A stretch of DNA of 64,000 bases from Chlamydiales bacterium (GCA_965206695.1 CBDBKM010000008.1:1-64000); one strand, 5' to 3'; shown: positions 10,331-21,442, numbered from the stretch's first letter. Program-made: numbers and translations. Notes: generated from the letters alone by a model not told the origin.

Positions 10331-11137
10331 ATGTTTTTTAGGATAATAGTTCTATTAAGTATGAGCTTATGCTCTATCAATTTATTTTCTCAGGATCGTT
10401 TAGTTAAGATCCTGGATACGGATAAAATGGAAGAACTGATGTCTCATGTAGATAAAGATACTTTAGTAGTATTTGATATCGATAATACCATTCTATCTCC
10501 TGCTCAGGAATTAGGAACAGATCAGTGGTTTTATTACTACTGGAATAAACATATTGAAGCCGGTATTGAAAAGAACGAAGCTCTTGCAAAGGTTTTGTCT
10601 TTATGGTCGCGGATTCAATTAAATACTGAAGTAGAAGCTATAGAGAAGCAAACACCGTCCATCATTAGAGAGCTGCAGAATAATGATGTTAAAGTCATTG
10701 GTTTGACCACTCGTCATATTACTTTAGCTTACTGCACATTAGGACAGCTGAATGCGTTGAATATAAATATGAAAAATAATCCTTTACTTACAACGAACTT
10801 GAGCCTTGATACCGATTACCCCTCTAATTATATTGAAGGCGTATTATTCTCCGGTGGTTCGCACAAAGGAGAAGCTTTAAAGACGCTTTTTAAACGATTG
10901 GGATTTGAACCTAAAAAAATCATTTTTATTAATGATAAGGAAAAATATTTGCATGAGGTTGCTGCGATTGTTGATGAAGTAGATTATATCGGCATTCGTT
11001 ATGGCGCTGTAGATGATAAAGTAGAATCATTCAATGCAGAGATTGCGGATGTTCAATTACATTATTTTAATAAGATTCTTTCAAATGAAGATGCCAGATT
11101 GGCATTAGAAGCAATTAAAAAAACTAATCAATTATAA
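10331..11137 (+). CDS. DUF2608-family HAD-like protein with probable signal peptide
   Basis: VVFDIDNT, GLTTR, HKG, IIFINDK; hydrophobic N-terminus. Confidence 0.85.
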   Translation: MFFRIIVLLSMSLCSINLFSQDRLVKILDTDKMEELMSHVDKDTLVVFDIDNTILSPAQELGTDQWFYYYWNKHIEAGIEKNEALAKVLSLWSRIQLNTEVEAIEKQTPSIIRELQNNDVKVIGLTTRHITLAYCTLGQLNALNINMKNNPLLTTNLSLDTDYPSNYIEGVLFSGGSHKGEALKTLFKRLGFEPKKIIFINDKEKYLHEVAAIVDEVDYIGIRYGAVDDKVESFNAEIADVQLHYFNKILSNEDARLALEAIKKTNQL

Positions 11138-11157
11138 CAAACGGCGTGTGACGTAAA

Positions 11158-11955
11158 ATGAAAACAATTTGCTACTTCCTCTTTATAGCCTTCACCTCTT
11201 GTTCCGGCCTTAAGGCAAACATAATTGAAATTGAAAATATAAGCTCTATTCTTCCTCTTGTAGATAATGAAACTTTAGTTATCTTTGATATAGATAACAC
11301 GCTGATGCAAGGTCAGTGTGAAGTCGCAACAGCTTCATTCTTTAATCATCTTTTTAAGGAAATGAAAGCTCTTGGTATGAGTGATGAAAAGATTATTGAT
11401 GAAGTATATCCTATTTGGATGGACATTCAAAAAATTGCTGAAGTAGACCCCGTTGATAAGATAACACCTTATATTATTAAGGATTTAAAAAAACGAGAAA
11501 TCCCTATTTTAGCCATAACCAATCGTGGGCCTGATTTAGCCTATCGAACATTAGACCAACTGAAATCTGTAGGGATAGATTTGACTCAAAATGGTTTTCA
11601 TCCGCATAATCTTATAATTGGCGATCATTCCATTGCAAAATATTTGGAAGGCGTTTTATTTGTGAGCCCTTTTGAAAATAAGGCTGAAAAAGCATTAAAA
11701 CTTTTTCAAACAATTGAATTTAATCCGAAAAAAATTATTTGTCTCGATCATAACCTAGAAAGCTTAGTTGGTATGAAGGATTATTTTAAAAAACAAGACA
11801 TTGCTTTTTTAGGACTTCATTATACTATTTGTGATAAAAGAGATATTGACATGGAAGTTGCTTGTTTTCAATTAGAATACCTAGGTAAAATACTTAGTGA
11901 TAATGTTGCTAAGGCAATTGTAACAAGTAAGCAAAGCAAGTTAATTCAAAGTTAA
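11158..11955 (+). CDS. DUF2608-family HAD-like protein with probable signal peptide
   Basis: VIFDIDNT, AITNR, NKA, IICLDHN. Confidence 0.85.
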   Translation: MKTICYFLFIAFTSCSGLKANIIEIENISSILPLVDNETLVIFDIDNTLMQGQCEVATASFFNHLFKEMKALGMSDEKIIDEVYPIWMDIQKIAEVDPVDKITPYIIKDLKKREIPILAITNRGPDLAYRTLDQLKSVGIDLTQNGFHPHNLIIGDHSIAKYLEGVLFVSPFENKAEKALKLFQTIEFNPKKIICLDHNLESLVGMKDYFKKQDIAFLGLHYTICDKRDIDMEVACFQLEYLGKILSDNVAKAIVTSKQSKLIQS

Positions 11956-11962
11956 GTTTTTA

Positions 11963-12709
11963 ATGTCACAAGGAAAGAAAAACCCATTGATTGAAATCGA
12001 TCAGATTGAAGAGGCGTGGGATCACATCTGTCCGAATACCTTAGTTGTATTAGATATTGATAACACATTGATGGAACCAACCCAACAGCTTGGGTCTTGT
12101 CAATGGTGTCAATATCTTATAGAAGAAAAAATGAAGCAAGGCTTACCTTTTCAGGATGCTTTAGATCAAATGCTTCCTATTTGGGAGAAAATTCAATATT
12201 TTACTCAAGTCCAACCTGTTGAAGAGAATAGTCATAAATTTATACGGGATCTTTCTCAAAAAAATATTTCATTTGTAGGTTTAACAGGTAGAGATTTTAA
12301 AATTTTTGATTGTACCGTTGAGCAGTTAAAGTCTATTGATATTCATTTTTCAGACTCTCCTTTGTGGGATCAAGATGTAGCTCTAAAGGCTCCTAATTTT
12401 TGCGCTTATAAAGATGGAGTGATTTTTTCCGGTCCTAAAAATAATAAAGGAGACGTACTATTACGCTTCTTTAGCCACTTTTCTTACCAACCGGAGCGGA
12501 TTATTTTTATTGATGATCAACATCACTTTGTAGCGAATGTTCAAGGTGTCATGGAACAGCATTCTATTCCTTTTTTAGGTATGAGATATGCCGGTGTTGA
12601 CTCTAAGGTGAAACAATTCAATCCTGATATAGCAAATCTTCAAATGAAATTTTTTAATAAAATCCTTTCTGATGAAGCAGCGCATCATCTTTCTAAACAT
12701 ATTCATTAG
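11963..12709 (+). CDS. DUF2608-family HAD-like protein, no signal peptide
   Basis: VVLDIDNT, GLTGR, NKG, IIFIDDQ. Confidence 0.85.
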   Translation: MSQGKKNPLIEIDQIEEAWDHICPNTLVVLDIDNTLMEPTQQLGSCQWCQYLIEEKMKQGLPFQDALDQMLPIWEKIQYFTQVQPVEENSHKFIRDLSQKNISFVGLTGRDFKIFDCTVEQLKSIDIHFSDSPLWDQDVALKAPNFCAYKDGVIFSGPKNNKGDVLLRFFSHFSYQPERIIFIDDQHHFVANVQGVMEQHSIPFLGMRYAGVDSKVKQFNPDIANLQMKFFNKILSDEAAHHLSKHIH

Positions 12710-12797
12710 AATAAAAGATTTATTATTTATTGACGAAGAAATAAATCATCTTAAAATAAATATCTCTTTTTATTAATTAAAAACAAAAAATTCTATT

Positions 12798-13280
12798 ATG
12801 ACAATTGAAATTGCTCAAGGCTTTATAGAGTCACAATCGATAAAAGGAACAACGCTTAAAGCCCCAAGTTTGGTGAACGCTGTTATGTTGATTTCAGGCA
12901 CTTGCATTGGTGCGGGAATGTTAGCTCTACTTCCGGTAACCGGTTTACCGGGGTTGTTGATTACGGCTCTATGTTGGTTTTTTATGTTGTCGACAGGACT
13001 TCTGTTATTAGAAGCTACTTTATGGATATACGATAGGGTAAATATTTTTAACTTAGCAAGGCGTTTTTTAGGTCCTGTTGGTAAAATGATTACCGGTGGG
13101 TCATTTGTTTTTCTTTATTACTCACTTTTAATTGCATATTTCGCTGCATCGATTCCTCTATATATGGATGGGATTAATCTTTTTTTTGGTATTCATTTAG
13201 ATCACGTTGTTGGCTACTTCATTTTATTCGTTATATTTACCGCTATCATATTTTTAGGAATTGAACTTGTTATCAGTTAA
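12798..13280 (+). pseudogene. tyrP: Aromatic amino acid permease (TyrP/Mtr family), truncated
   Basis: LISGTCIGAGMLAL, TGLLLLEA, FLYYSLLIAY; only 160 aa against about 400 expected; followed by IS debris. Confidence 0.82.
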
Positions 13281-13399
13281 AAGGAGGAAGACCCTTACTT
13301 CTTCTTTTGGCTTGTGCAATAGGTAGCATTGGAATAGAGATTCACCATATACTAGCGTAAGAAGGCCGGTCCCAAATATCCTTAATGGCTTATTGGAAC

Positions 13400-13640
13400 C
13401 ATCTAACTTTATATAGAAGTTTATCATAGGGAGTTGAAACAAACTTGCGGCCTTGAGCGCTTTCAGTCTCATAACGCACGAGCGCACTGAAATCATATCT
13501 TTATATCTATTTATGCTTGGTTACACAAGTTTAAGCGAAGGAGGCAAAATAACATATCTTTTTATCAATAAAATCGGAAAATGCTCAAGCCCGCCATTAT
13601 TTTAAATATGAAAAATATTTTGGCTGTATGTTAAGTGTGA
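13400..13640 (+). mobile_element. IS701-like (second type) transposase 3' remnant
   Basis: IEVYHRELKQTCGLERFQ...NHIFISIYAW; homologous to 51427-51900. Confidence 0.75.
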
Positions 13641-13806
13641 ACAGTATACGCAAGAAGCTCTCGATATTTTTTATGAAAATGCTTATTCTTAATACTATCT
13701 TAACTTTATATTCATACTATTCTCAACGAATATCAAGTGTGCTGTTTTTAGAAAACTAGTTAGTATACTCATTTAAAAAACACAAAATATAAATAGGAGA
13801 ATTATT

Positions 13807-14265
13807 ATGGCTGCTGCTGAAAATGTCAAACCCGCTGATACAAAAGTCGATCCATTGACCCAATGGTTCAACGATTATGACAACTGTCTGAACGATATAC
13901 CTAAGACTCAGACACAAAAGACATCTGAGTCTATGGTGAAATGTTGGAAGGCGTCCATTGAAACCCATTCAAAACTTTCACCTAATGATACTAAGCCTAA
14001 GGATACTAAGCCTAATGCCGGCTGGACAATGGGTGGTGTAGCTACACCAATAGTAAAACTAGGTGTTGTAGGCCTTGCTGCCGGTGTGTCTTATGTTACA
14101 ATTAAACATGCTATTGAGATTTACAATAAGTCTGAAACGCAAACAGAGGTAATTAAAGCTTTTGCTTTAGGTGCTTTTGGTGTTATAGCTGCCGGGTGCG
14201 GAGTGTACACTGCTTATGATCTTACCTCTTCTGCTACAACCCTCATGAAATCCCCTGCTGAATAG
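13807..14265 (+). CDS. Hypothetical membrane protein (Inc-like candidate)
   Basis: AGGAG RBS, two hydrophobic segments, own terminator, short DTKP tandem repeat. Confidence 0.7.
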   Translation: MAAAENVKPADTKVDPLTQWFNDYDNCLNDIPKTQTQKTSESMVKCWKASIETHSKLSPNDTKPKDTKPNAGWTMGGVATPIVKLGVVGLAAGVSYVTIKHAIEIYNKSETQTEVIKAFALGAFGVIAAGCGVYTAYDLTSSATTLMKSPAE

Positions 14266-14288
14266 TAAGATTTTAGTGTAAGTTTTTT

Positions 14289-14316
14289 AAAAAGCTGCTT
14301 TAGGGCAGCTTTTTTT
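14289..14316 (+). terminator. Rho-independent terminator
   Basis: AAAAAGCTGCT-TTAG-GGCAGCTTTTTTT. Confidence 0.8.
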
Positions 14317-14524
14317 GTTCATATCTAGCAAGTATCTGTTATTTCCGTCAGCAATCTCCATTAATAAATTAACGATTTTAATATAAAATTTATTTTAAAT
14401 GTATTGTTAATCCTTTTATCTTATTAAATATAGTGCGCCTTAAAAAGCAACCCCTCTTGGCTGACTTGCAATAAAGAATTAAATCCGTTAAGATTGCTTT
14501 ATTGATAAACCATTAAGTGATCTC

Positions 14525-17500
14525 ATGTTGACATTTTTAAAAAAAATAATCGGCACGGCACAAGACCGCATCTTAAATAAATATAAAAAAATTGTTCAAA
14601 CAGTAAATCAATGGGATGAACAATTTCAATTGCTATCGGATGAAGCTTTAAAAAGTAAAACCGATGAGTTTAAAAAACGTATCACCAAAGGTGAGACGCT
14701 TGATCAGCTTCTTCCCGAAGCATATGCCGTTGTAAAAAATGTCTGTAGACGCCTTTGTGGCTCTGATGTTCATGTTTCCGGTTATGATCAGCAATGGGAT
14801 ATGATTCCTTATGATGTCCAGATTATTGGTGCTATTGCGATGCATTATGGCTCCATTGCCGAAATGCAGACGGGGGAAGGTAAGACATTAACAGCCGTTA
14901 TGCCTCTTTATCTTAATGCTCTTATCTCTAAACCGGTTCATCTTGTTACTGTTAATGATTATTTAGCCAGAAGAGATTGTGAATGGGTGGGTTCTGTTTT
15001 AAGATGGTTAAATCTTACTACAGGTGTCTTAACCAATCAAGTGCCTCCCCAAGAAAGAAAACAAATATATAATAGTGATGTAGTCTATGGAACGGCTTCT
15101 GAATTTGGTTTTGATTATCTTCGAGATAATTCAACTGCGACCAATAAGGAAGAACAAGTACAACGCGGTTATTTCTTTGCTATAATTGATGAAACAGACT
15201 GTATCCTTATAGACGAAGCAAGAACGCCGCTTATCATATCAGGCCCTGTTCCTCAAAGTCATCAAATGTATGATGAGTTAAAAGAAAGTGTTGCCAAGTT
15301 AGTGCGTATGCAACGAGATTTATGTAACCGTTTTGCAACTGAGGCGCGTAAACATTTAGCTACATTAGGTCTTGATTTACATAAACGAATTGACGGCCGA
15401 CAAGATGAAAAAAAGAGTAAAAAAGATAATAATAAAATTCTTGAAGCTCTTAAAAAGTTATGGATAGTCAGTAAAGGAACACCACACAATAAGATTCTTA
15501 AACGAGCATTAGAAGACCCCGATCTTAGAGAAGAAATTGATCGTTGGGATCTTTATTTTTATAATGAACAAAATAAAGCTGATAAAGCGAAAGCATTGGC
15601 CGAACTTTTTATCATTGTGGATGAAAAAGCAAATGAATATGAGTTAACAGAAAAAGGTATTGAAGCTTGGGCTGAATCTGCTGAGGCACACTCCAAAGAC
15701 GATTTTATTATGTTCGATCTCGGTCATGAATATGCTTTGATTGACGATGATCCCGATCTTTCGATTGATGACAAGCTACAAAAGAAAGTTCAAATATCTG
15801 AAGATGATTCCAAAAGAAAAGAAAAGTCTCACAACTTAAGACAGTTGTTAAGAGCACATCTGCTTATGGAAAAAGATATTGATTATATTGTTCAAAATAA
15901 TCGCATTACTATCATCGATGAGAATACGGGTCGCCCACAACCGGGTAGGCGTTTTTCCGATGGTTTACATCAATCGATTGAAGCTAAAGAGATGGTGGCT
16001 ATTCAAAAAGAGACGCAAACGTACGCTACCATTACCTTGCAAAACTTTTTCCGTATGTATGACAAACTAGCCGGAATGACGGGTACTGCTATAACTGAAG
16101 CGAATGAACTGAAAGAAATTTATCAGCTTAACGTTCTTCAAATTCCTACCCATGTTCCTTGTAAACGTACAGATGCTAATGACGAAGTTTACATGACTGA
16201 AAGAGAAAAATATCACGCTCTTCTTAAAGAAATTCGACAAATTCATGAACAAGAACGCCCTATTTTGATCGGCACAGAATCAGTAGAAGTCTCTGAAAAA
16301 TTAGCTCGAATACTCAAGCAACATTCTCTTCCTCATACTGTCCTTAATGCTAAGCATCACGAACAAGAAGCTGAAATCATTGCTGCTGCGGGTAAAAGAA
16401 GTTCTATTACGATCGCAACCAATATGGCAGGACGAGGAACAGATATTAAATTAGAAAAAGGAATAGCCCAATTAGACGGATTACACGTCATTGCTACTTC
16501 TCGTCATCAATCGAGACGTATTGATAGACAATTAAGAGGTCGTTGCGCTCGTCAAGGTGATCCCGGCAGCTCAAAATTCTTTGTTTCATTTGAAGACCAA
16601 TTGATGCGCCTTTTTGCCTCTCCTAAACTCAATACTCTTTTAAAAAGATGGCGTCCTCCGGAAGGAGAACCTATTTCTGCAGGTATGCTCAATCGATCTA
16701 TTGAGACAGCTCAAAAACGAATTGAGCAACGTAATTATACCATGCGGAAGTATACCATCGAGTATGATAATGTTATTAATAAACAACGTCAGGAAATCTA
16801 CAACTTTAGAAACGATGTTCTAAATACCGACTCATCGCTTCCTATCACTTTCGAAATTTTATTATCTACCGCTTTATCAACGGCAGAAAAATACTTTGAT
16901 GACCGTAACGATGAAGGAGCTTGGGATGCTACCGGTTTAAGAGAGTGGTTAATGACCCATTTTCCTGCTACTTTTGAAGAAGATATTTTTAAAAACGATT
17001 ACGTCACATTTGATAATATCGAAATTATTCTAGAGCGTAAGCTAAAAGATATTTTTGATAAAAAAATTGAACAACTCTCACATCAAGCACAACAACTTTA
17101 TTTGTCTCATAATGCTGAGCCTTTAGAAAACCTCATTTCTACAATCCTAACAAGTATGATCGTTCGTAAAATTGATCATCATTGGCAACAACATCTTCTT
17201 GGCATTGACAATTTACGTTCGGAAGTCTCTCTTAGAAGTGTTGGGCAAAAAGATCCTCTTATAGAATTTAAACATGAATCCTTTAAGCTTTTTGATGAAT
17301 TAACCCATCAATTACGATTAGAAATAACAAGTGGCATCTTTAAACTTGAGATAACTGCTTATCAACCTCAAAACTATTTTAATCAGATGATACAAAAACT
17401 CAGCTTAGAGACTGATCGTTCTTTTCTTCCTGAGGCTGAAACCGAGCCTCAAACCAACGCACCACAAGATACCTCTCCTAAAAAAGAGCCTTTAATTAAT

Positions 17501-17596
17501 TTGGCTCCTAAAACCGGTAGAAATGACCTCTGCCCTTGTGGTAGCAATCAAAAGTATAAAAAATGCTGTGGAAAGCAACTCCCTGAACAGCAATAA
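14525..17596 (+). CDS. secA: Preprotein translocase ATPase SecA
   Basis: MQTGEGKT, IDEARTPL, TNMAGRGTDI, QLRGR..RQGDPG and C-terminal CPCGS..KYKKCC. Confidence 0.98.
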   Translation: MLTFLKKIIGTAQDRILNKYKKIVQTVNQWDEQFQLLSDEALKSKTDEFKKRITKGETLDQLLPEAYAVVKNVCRRLCGSDVHVSGYDQQWDMIPYDVQIIGAIAMHYGSIAEMQTGEGKTLTAVMPLYLNALISKPVHLVTVNDYLARRDCEWVGSVLRWLNLTTGVLTNQVPPQERKQIYNSDVVYGTASEFGFDYLRDNSTATNKEEQVQRGYFFAIIDETDCILIDEARTPLIISGPVPQSHQMYDELKESVAKLVRMQRDLCNRFATEARKHLATLGLDLHKRIDGRQDEKKSKKDNNKILEALKKLWIVSKGTPHNKILKRALEDPDLREEIDRWDLYFYNEQNKADKAKALAELFIIVDEKANEYELTEKGIEAWAESAEAHSKDDFIMFDLGHEYALIDDDPDLSIDDKLQKKVQISEDDSKRKEKSHNLRQLLRAHLLMEKDIDYIVQNNRITIIDENTGRPQPGRRFSDGLHQSIEAKEMVAIQKETQTYATITLQNFFRMYDKLAGMTGTAITEANELKEIYQLNVLQIPTHVPCKRTDANDEVYMTEREKYHALLKEIRQIHEQERPILIGTESVEVSEKLARILKQHSLPHTVLNAKHHEQEAEIIAAAGKRSSITIATNMAGRGTDIKLEKGIAQLDGLHVIATSRHQSRRIDRQLRGRCARQGDPGSSKFFVSFEDQLMRLFASPKLNTLLKRWRPPEGEPISAGMLNRSIETAQKRIEQRNYTMRKYTIEYDNVINKQRQEIYNFRNDVLNTDSSLPITFEILLSTALSTAEKYFDDRNDEGAWDATGLREWLMTHFPATFEEDIFKNDYVTFDNIEIILERKLKDIFDKKIEQLSHQAQQLYLSHNAEPLENLISTILTSMIVRKIDHHWQQHLLGIDNLRSEVSLRSVGQKDPLIEFKHESFKLFDELTHQLRLEITSGIFKLEITAYQPQNYFNQMIQKLSLETDRSFLPEAETEPQTNAPQDTSPKKEPLINLAPKTGRNDLCPCGSNQKYKKCCGKQLPEQQ

Positions 17597-17728
17597 CTTA
17601 TACTTTTTATCTTAATTTTTAAAACACTTAATTAACTAATCAATCTCATGTAGAATATTACTTGCAGAAAAAATCAATTTATTAATGGCCTTTTCACCTA
17701 TGAAGTGCAACAGTGGTTACAAGAGGTC

Positions 17729-18181
17729 TTAACCGAATATACGATGATAAACGTTGCTTACAGTTTGATTTAAATGATTTTGAGTTTGAATAGCTTTATC
17801 TATCATATAGTCAACACCCTTACCAATTTTGCCTCCTAAACCGGCAAAAGCTGTTGGGCAGAAGAAATTGATCGACTCTAGAAACATTGACGGTAATGCT
17901 AAGGCCAATCCACAATTAGCTGTAGTGGGTCGAAAACTTATAGGAGTATGACGAATACCATAACCTTCCGGCATCATACCTAAACCCAATATATTAGTAT
18001 ACATAAGGGGTGACCAATAATTGGTTAAATCTTCAGGTGTCGTTAAACTCATAACCCTGTCCATGAAAGCACCAACCCTTTTTCCTGTTCTTGCACCGAC
18101 CGGAGTTAAATGGTCCGGAATAGGCGCTTGACAGGTAACAGGTACGCGACCTTGGGGATGCTTTATAGAAAAAGTACTCAT
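17729..18181 (-). CDS. Hypothetical protein
   Basis: 150-aa ORF with GGAG RBS; no recognisable family. Confidence 0.6.
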   Translation of the reverse strand: MSTFSIKHPQGRVPVTCQAPIPDHLTPVGARTGKRVGAFMDRVMSLTTPEDLTNYWSPLMYTNILGLGMMPEGYGIRHTPISFRPTTANCGLALALPSMFLESINFFCPTAFAGLGGKIGKGVDYMIDKAIQTQNHLNQTVSNVYHRIFG

Positions 18182-18292
18182 ATTTTTAATTTCTCCGATG
18201 CTTTATTAATTTAATATAAACGGCCTTATCATTTCATTATAAATAATATTTAATAATTTAATATAAAGAAGAAGCTAATCTTGTTATAACTA

Positions 18293-18450
18293 ACTCATGT
18301 AACTATTTGAAAAAGATCTAAAAAAAAGGCTTCTTCTTTCAGAATATTTGTTTTATAACGAACAGACAAATCCCAAAAGAGGAAGCCATAAAGCTTGAAA
18401 TATGTGCTACTTATTGTATTTGTGACGACTACTTAAATGCACTCAATAAT
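18293..18450 (+). mobile_element. Possible IS982-family left-end remnant
   Basis: LEICATYCICDDYLNAL resembles IS982 transposase N-termini; degraded. Confidence 0.4.
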
Positions 18451-18512
18451 ATAGTGTGGCATAATGAAACTTTATCCTGTTTGAGAAGGATTATCATAAA
18501 ATCAAATAAGAT

Positions 18513-18613
18513 TTGTTGTGTAATAAAAGTTATCTCACTTTAACTCGTTTTAAAAGTCCTTTAATCGTCTGTTCACCCCTATATTTCTCTGAAAAAAACG
18601 TATCAAAAACCAC
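18513..18613 (+). repeat. About 100-bp dispersed repeat; inverted copy at 43226-43326
   Basis: Shared TAATAAAAGTT...AAAAGTCCT.TAATC.TCTG.TCAC.CCTATATT...TATCA.AAACCAC. Confidence 0.7.
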
Positions 18614-18713
18614 TAAAAATTTAAATCGCAACAAGTCTATAGTTTTTTCAATTAGATTTTTAGGTTTATTTTCAATATAATAACCTTTAATTTTCATTAG
18701 AGGAATATCATAT

Positions 18714-19910
18714 ATGAAATTTTTTGAACAATTTGAATCCCTTCCTGAAGATCCTATCCTACACCTCGTTGTACTTATAAACGCAGATAAGCGTGAGAAT
18801 AAAATTAATCTGGGGCCGGGGGTATATCGAACAAGTGAGTTAAAACCTGTAGTACTATCTTGTGTTCAAAAAGCTGAAGAAGAGTTATTTCAATCAAATC
18901 TATACAAAGAATATCCTCCTATCGATGGATATAAAGAATATCGGGATCTTTGCACCCAATTAGTTTTTGGTAGGGAATCTGAGGCTTGTCAATCAGGACG
19001 TGTTTATACCTCCCAAACAATTGGTGGCTCCGGCGCTTTAAAAGTCATTGCAGCACAACTCGCTCATGGAATGATCGCCACTATTTATGTTCCTGATCCT
19101 ACATGGGCAAATCATCATGCTATTTTTCCAAAGTCCGGGATAGTTACTAAAACATACTCTTATTACGATTATGAAAATAATGCCCTTGACTTTTCTAAAA
19201 TGAAAGAAGCATTAAATAACATGAAAAAAAATAGTGCTGTCCTCCTGCATTGTTGTTGCCATAACCCTACAGGCACTGACTTAACTTGTGAGCAATGGAA
19301 AGAAGTTGCTAACATTGTTAAAGAAAAAGAACTCCTCGCCGTTATTGATTCTGCCTATCAGGGATTTGCAGTCAATCTTGTTGCAGATAGGAAACCCATA
19401 CAGCATTTTGCGGAAGTAGGGCTGGATTTTTTTGTCGCCCATTCCTTTTCAAAAAACATGGGTCTCTATGGGGAACGTATAGGTGCTGTTATGGCTGTAT
19501 GTCCGGATAAGCAAAGAGCAGATACTATCGGCTCTAGAATAAGAGGCTTCATTCGATGTAACTATTCCATGCCTCCTATTCATGGAGCACTTTTAGTTAA
19601 CAAAGTATTAGGATCAACACAACTATTTAAAGAGTGGGAAGATGAGTTAAGCATCATACGTTCTCGTATTTCAGAGATGCGACTCAAATTCATTGAGTCC
19701 TTTAAGCAGGAAAATGCTAATAAAAACTTAAGCTTTATAAAAGACGGTAAAGGCATGTTCTTTTTAATGGGCTTAGAAAAAAAAGAAGTTGATACCTTAA
19801 TTAGAGATTATGCTATCTATATGCCAAGTAATGGTAGAATCAATGCGGCTGCTCTTACTACAGAAAAAATGAACACCATTGTAAGCGCTATTAACTCTGT
19901 TATGCATTAA
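18714..19910 (+). CDS. Aspartate/aromatic amino acid aminotransferase (AspC/TyrB)
   Basis: CCHNPTG, DSAYQGF, SFSKNMGLYGERIG (PLP lysine), GRIN. Confidence 0.95.
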   Translation: MKFFEQFESLPEDPILHLVVLINADKRENKINLGPGVYRTSELKPVVLSCVQKAEEELFQSNLYKEYPPIDGYKEYRDLCTQLVFGRESEACQSGRVYTSQTIGGSGALKVIAAQLAHGMIATIYVPDPTWANHHAIFPKSGIVTKTYSYYDYENNALDFSKMKEALNNMKKNSAVLLHCCCHNPTGTDLTCEQWKEVANIVKEKELLAVIDSAYQGFAVNLVADRKPIQHFAEVGLDFFVAHSFSKNMGLYGERIGAVMAVCPDKQRADTIGSRIRGFIRCNYSMPPIHGALLVNKVLGSTQLFKEWEDELSIIRSRISEMRLKFIESFKQENANKNLSFIKDGKGMFFLMGLEKKEVDTLIRDYAIYMPSNGRINAAALTTEKMNTIVSAINSVMH

Positions 19911-19921
19911 TTACATCTGTT

Positions 19922-20947
19922 ATGCGTCAAACATATTTAAAACCTTTTTTATTGCTTATCATCGCATTGCTAGGGCTTCTAAGCACTCCTAAATCGATTT
20001 CTGAGAGTCTTAGGGGTAAATTTATGGCAATGCTTCTTCCTTTTTCTGAATTCATCCCTTCTAAATCTAAACCTATTCTTTCTACAATACGATATAAACC
20101 AACCTATTACATTGAAGAGCAAGAAATCGGAGAAGATATAAAATTAGCCGCTCTTCCCAATGAGGGTATTTTAGCTAAAGTCATCTACCGTCTACCCTCT
20201 TCATGGAACAGTTCTTTATGGATCAATGTTGGATATGTAGATAATCAAGATACAGACACAACTATCATTGCTAAAAATAGTCCCGTTGTTATTGGGGATG
20301 CTCTTGTTGGTATCATTGACTATGTAGGTAAAAGTCAATCTCGAGTTAAATTAATTACTGATTCAGGATTAGTTCCCAGCGTACGATGTATACGCGGACA
20401 AAAACAACAATCAGAATTACTGAAACATCTCGATTTCGTTCTTCAAAGTTTAGATTTCGAAATGACTTCTATCCCCATGAATAAGAAATCCCAACTTATT
20501 TCGCTACTACAAGAGTTAAAGAAAAATACATTACAACCAACAGATGACTGGTATTTGGCAAAAGGTGAACTGTCCGGCTCCGGTAAACCTCTTTGGCGTT
20601 CACGTAGCAAAACTTTGAAAGGTGTCGGTTTTAATTGTGATTTTGCTGATGAATTCGGACTACAAAGAGATCTTTTAACAGGTCAGCCTATAGGTGCTTC
20701 AGAAAAAGAGTCTAGCTTACCTATTCTTAAAGTTGGAGATTTACTCATTACCACCGGGCTAGACGGTGTTTTTCCTCCCGGGCTGGCTGTCGCTATTATC
20801 TCTCAAATAAACCCTTTAGAAGAAGGAGCTTATACGTATAGTTTAAATGCTACCCCGTGTGCCACCAATCTTGATGATTTGTCCTGGCTATACGTTATCC
20901 CCCCTCAAACCTTCGATTCCTTCGATCAACCCCAAAATTTATGGTAA
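19922..20947 (+). CDS. mreC: Rod shape-determining protein MreC-like
   Basis: INVG, PVV...LVG, SRVKLITD, GDLLITTGLDGVFPPGL. Confidence 0.8.
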   Translation: MRQTYLKPFLLLIIALLGLLSTPKSISESLRGKFMAMLLPFSEFIPSKSKPILSTIRYKPTYYIEEQEIGEDIKLAALPNEGILAKVIYRLPSSWNSSLWINVGYVDNQDTDTTIIAKNSPVVIGDALVGIIDYVGKSQSRVKLITDSGLVPSVRCIRGQKQQSELLKHLDFVLQSLDFEMTSIPMNKKSQLISLLQELKKNTLQPTDDWYLAKGELSGSGKPLWRSRSKTLKGVGFNCDFADEFGLQRDLLTGQPIGASEKESSLPILKVGDLLITTGLDGVFPPGLAVAIISQINPLEEGAYTYSLNATPCATNLDDLSWLYVIPPQTFDSFDQPQNLW

Positions 20948-21442
20948 ATCCCCTCCATATTGTTAAAAAAAGTAGTGATAGTCTATTACATATTCAAGTG
21001 GCCCGGCCGTCCTAACATATACTATTTTACTGTTATAGAACTTCCATTTATTAAAAAAACTCCTACTATAAATTTATAAAAGCGGAAAATTTCTATTTTG
21101 TTACTATATATTTACAAATTAAAATATAAAATTATTCAACTATATGATAACATATTCATGTAGAATTGTATGAATAAGAGCTTAAATAGATAAAATAAAT
21201 CTTTTTCTAATATTTTTTATATATGAGAAAGAATGCATGAAGTTTACAGGTGTTTTTTAAAAATGTTTTTATCTTTATGTCTGTTTTAAATATTTATTCA
21301 GAAATTCTTACGTGCTTTATAAACTATAAATTCAATAAAAATTAATAAGGAAATCATTATGATAGTTGGAGGATTGAGAGGGAGCCCGATTGCAGGATAT
21401 GATGCGGCAGCATTTGGAGCTGATGTGGATACAAGTAAATTA

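Noticed and set aside
15260..15830. Long insertion in SecA as an intein or novel domain
   Set aside because: No intein terminal motifs; chlamydial SecA is known to be extended in this region.
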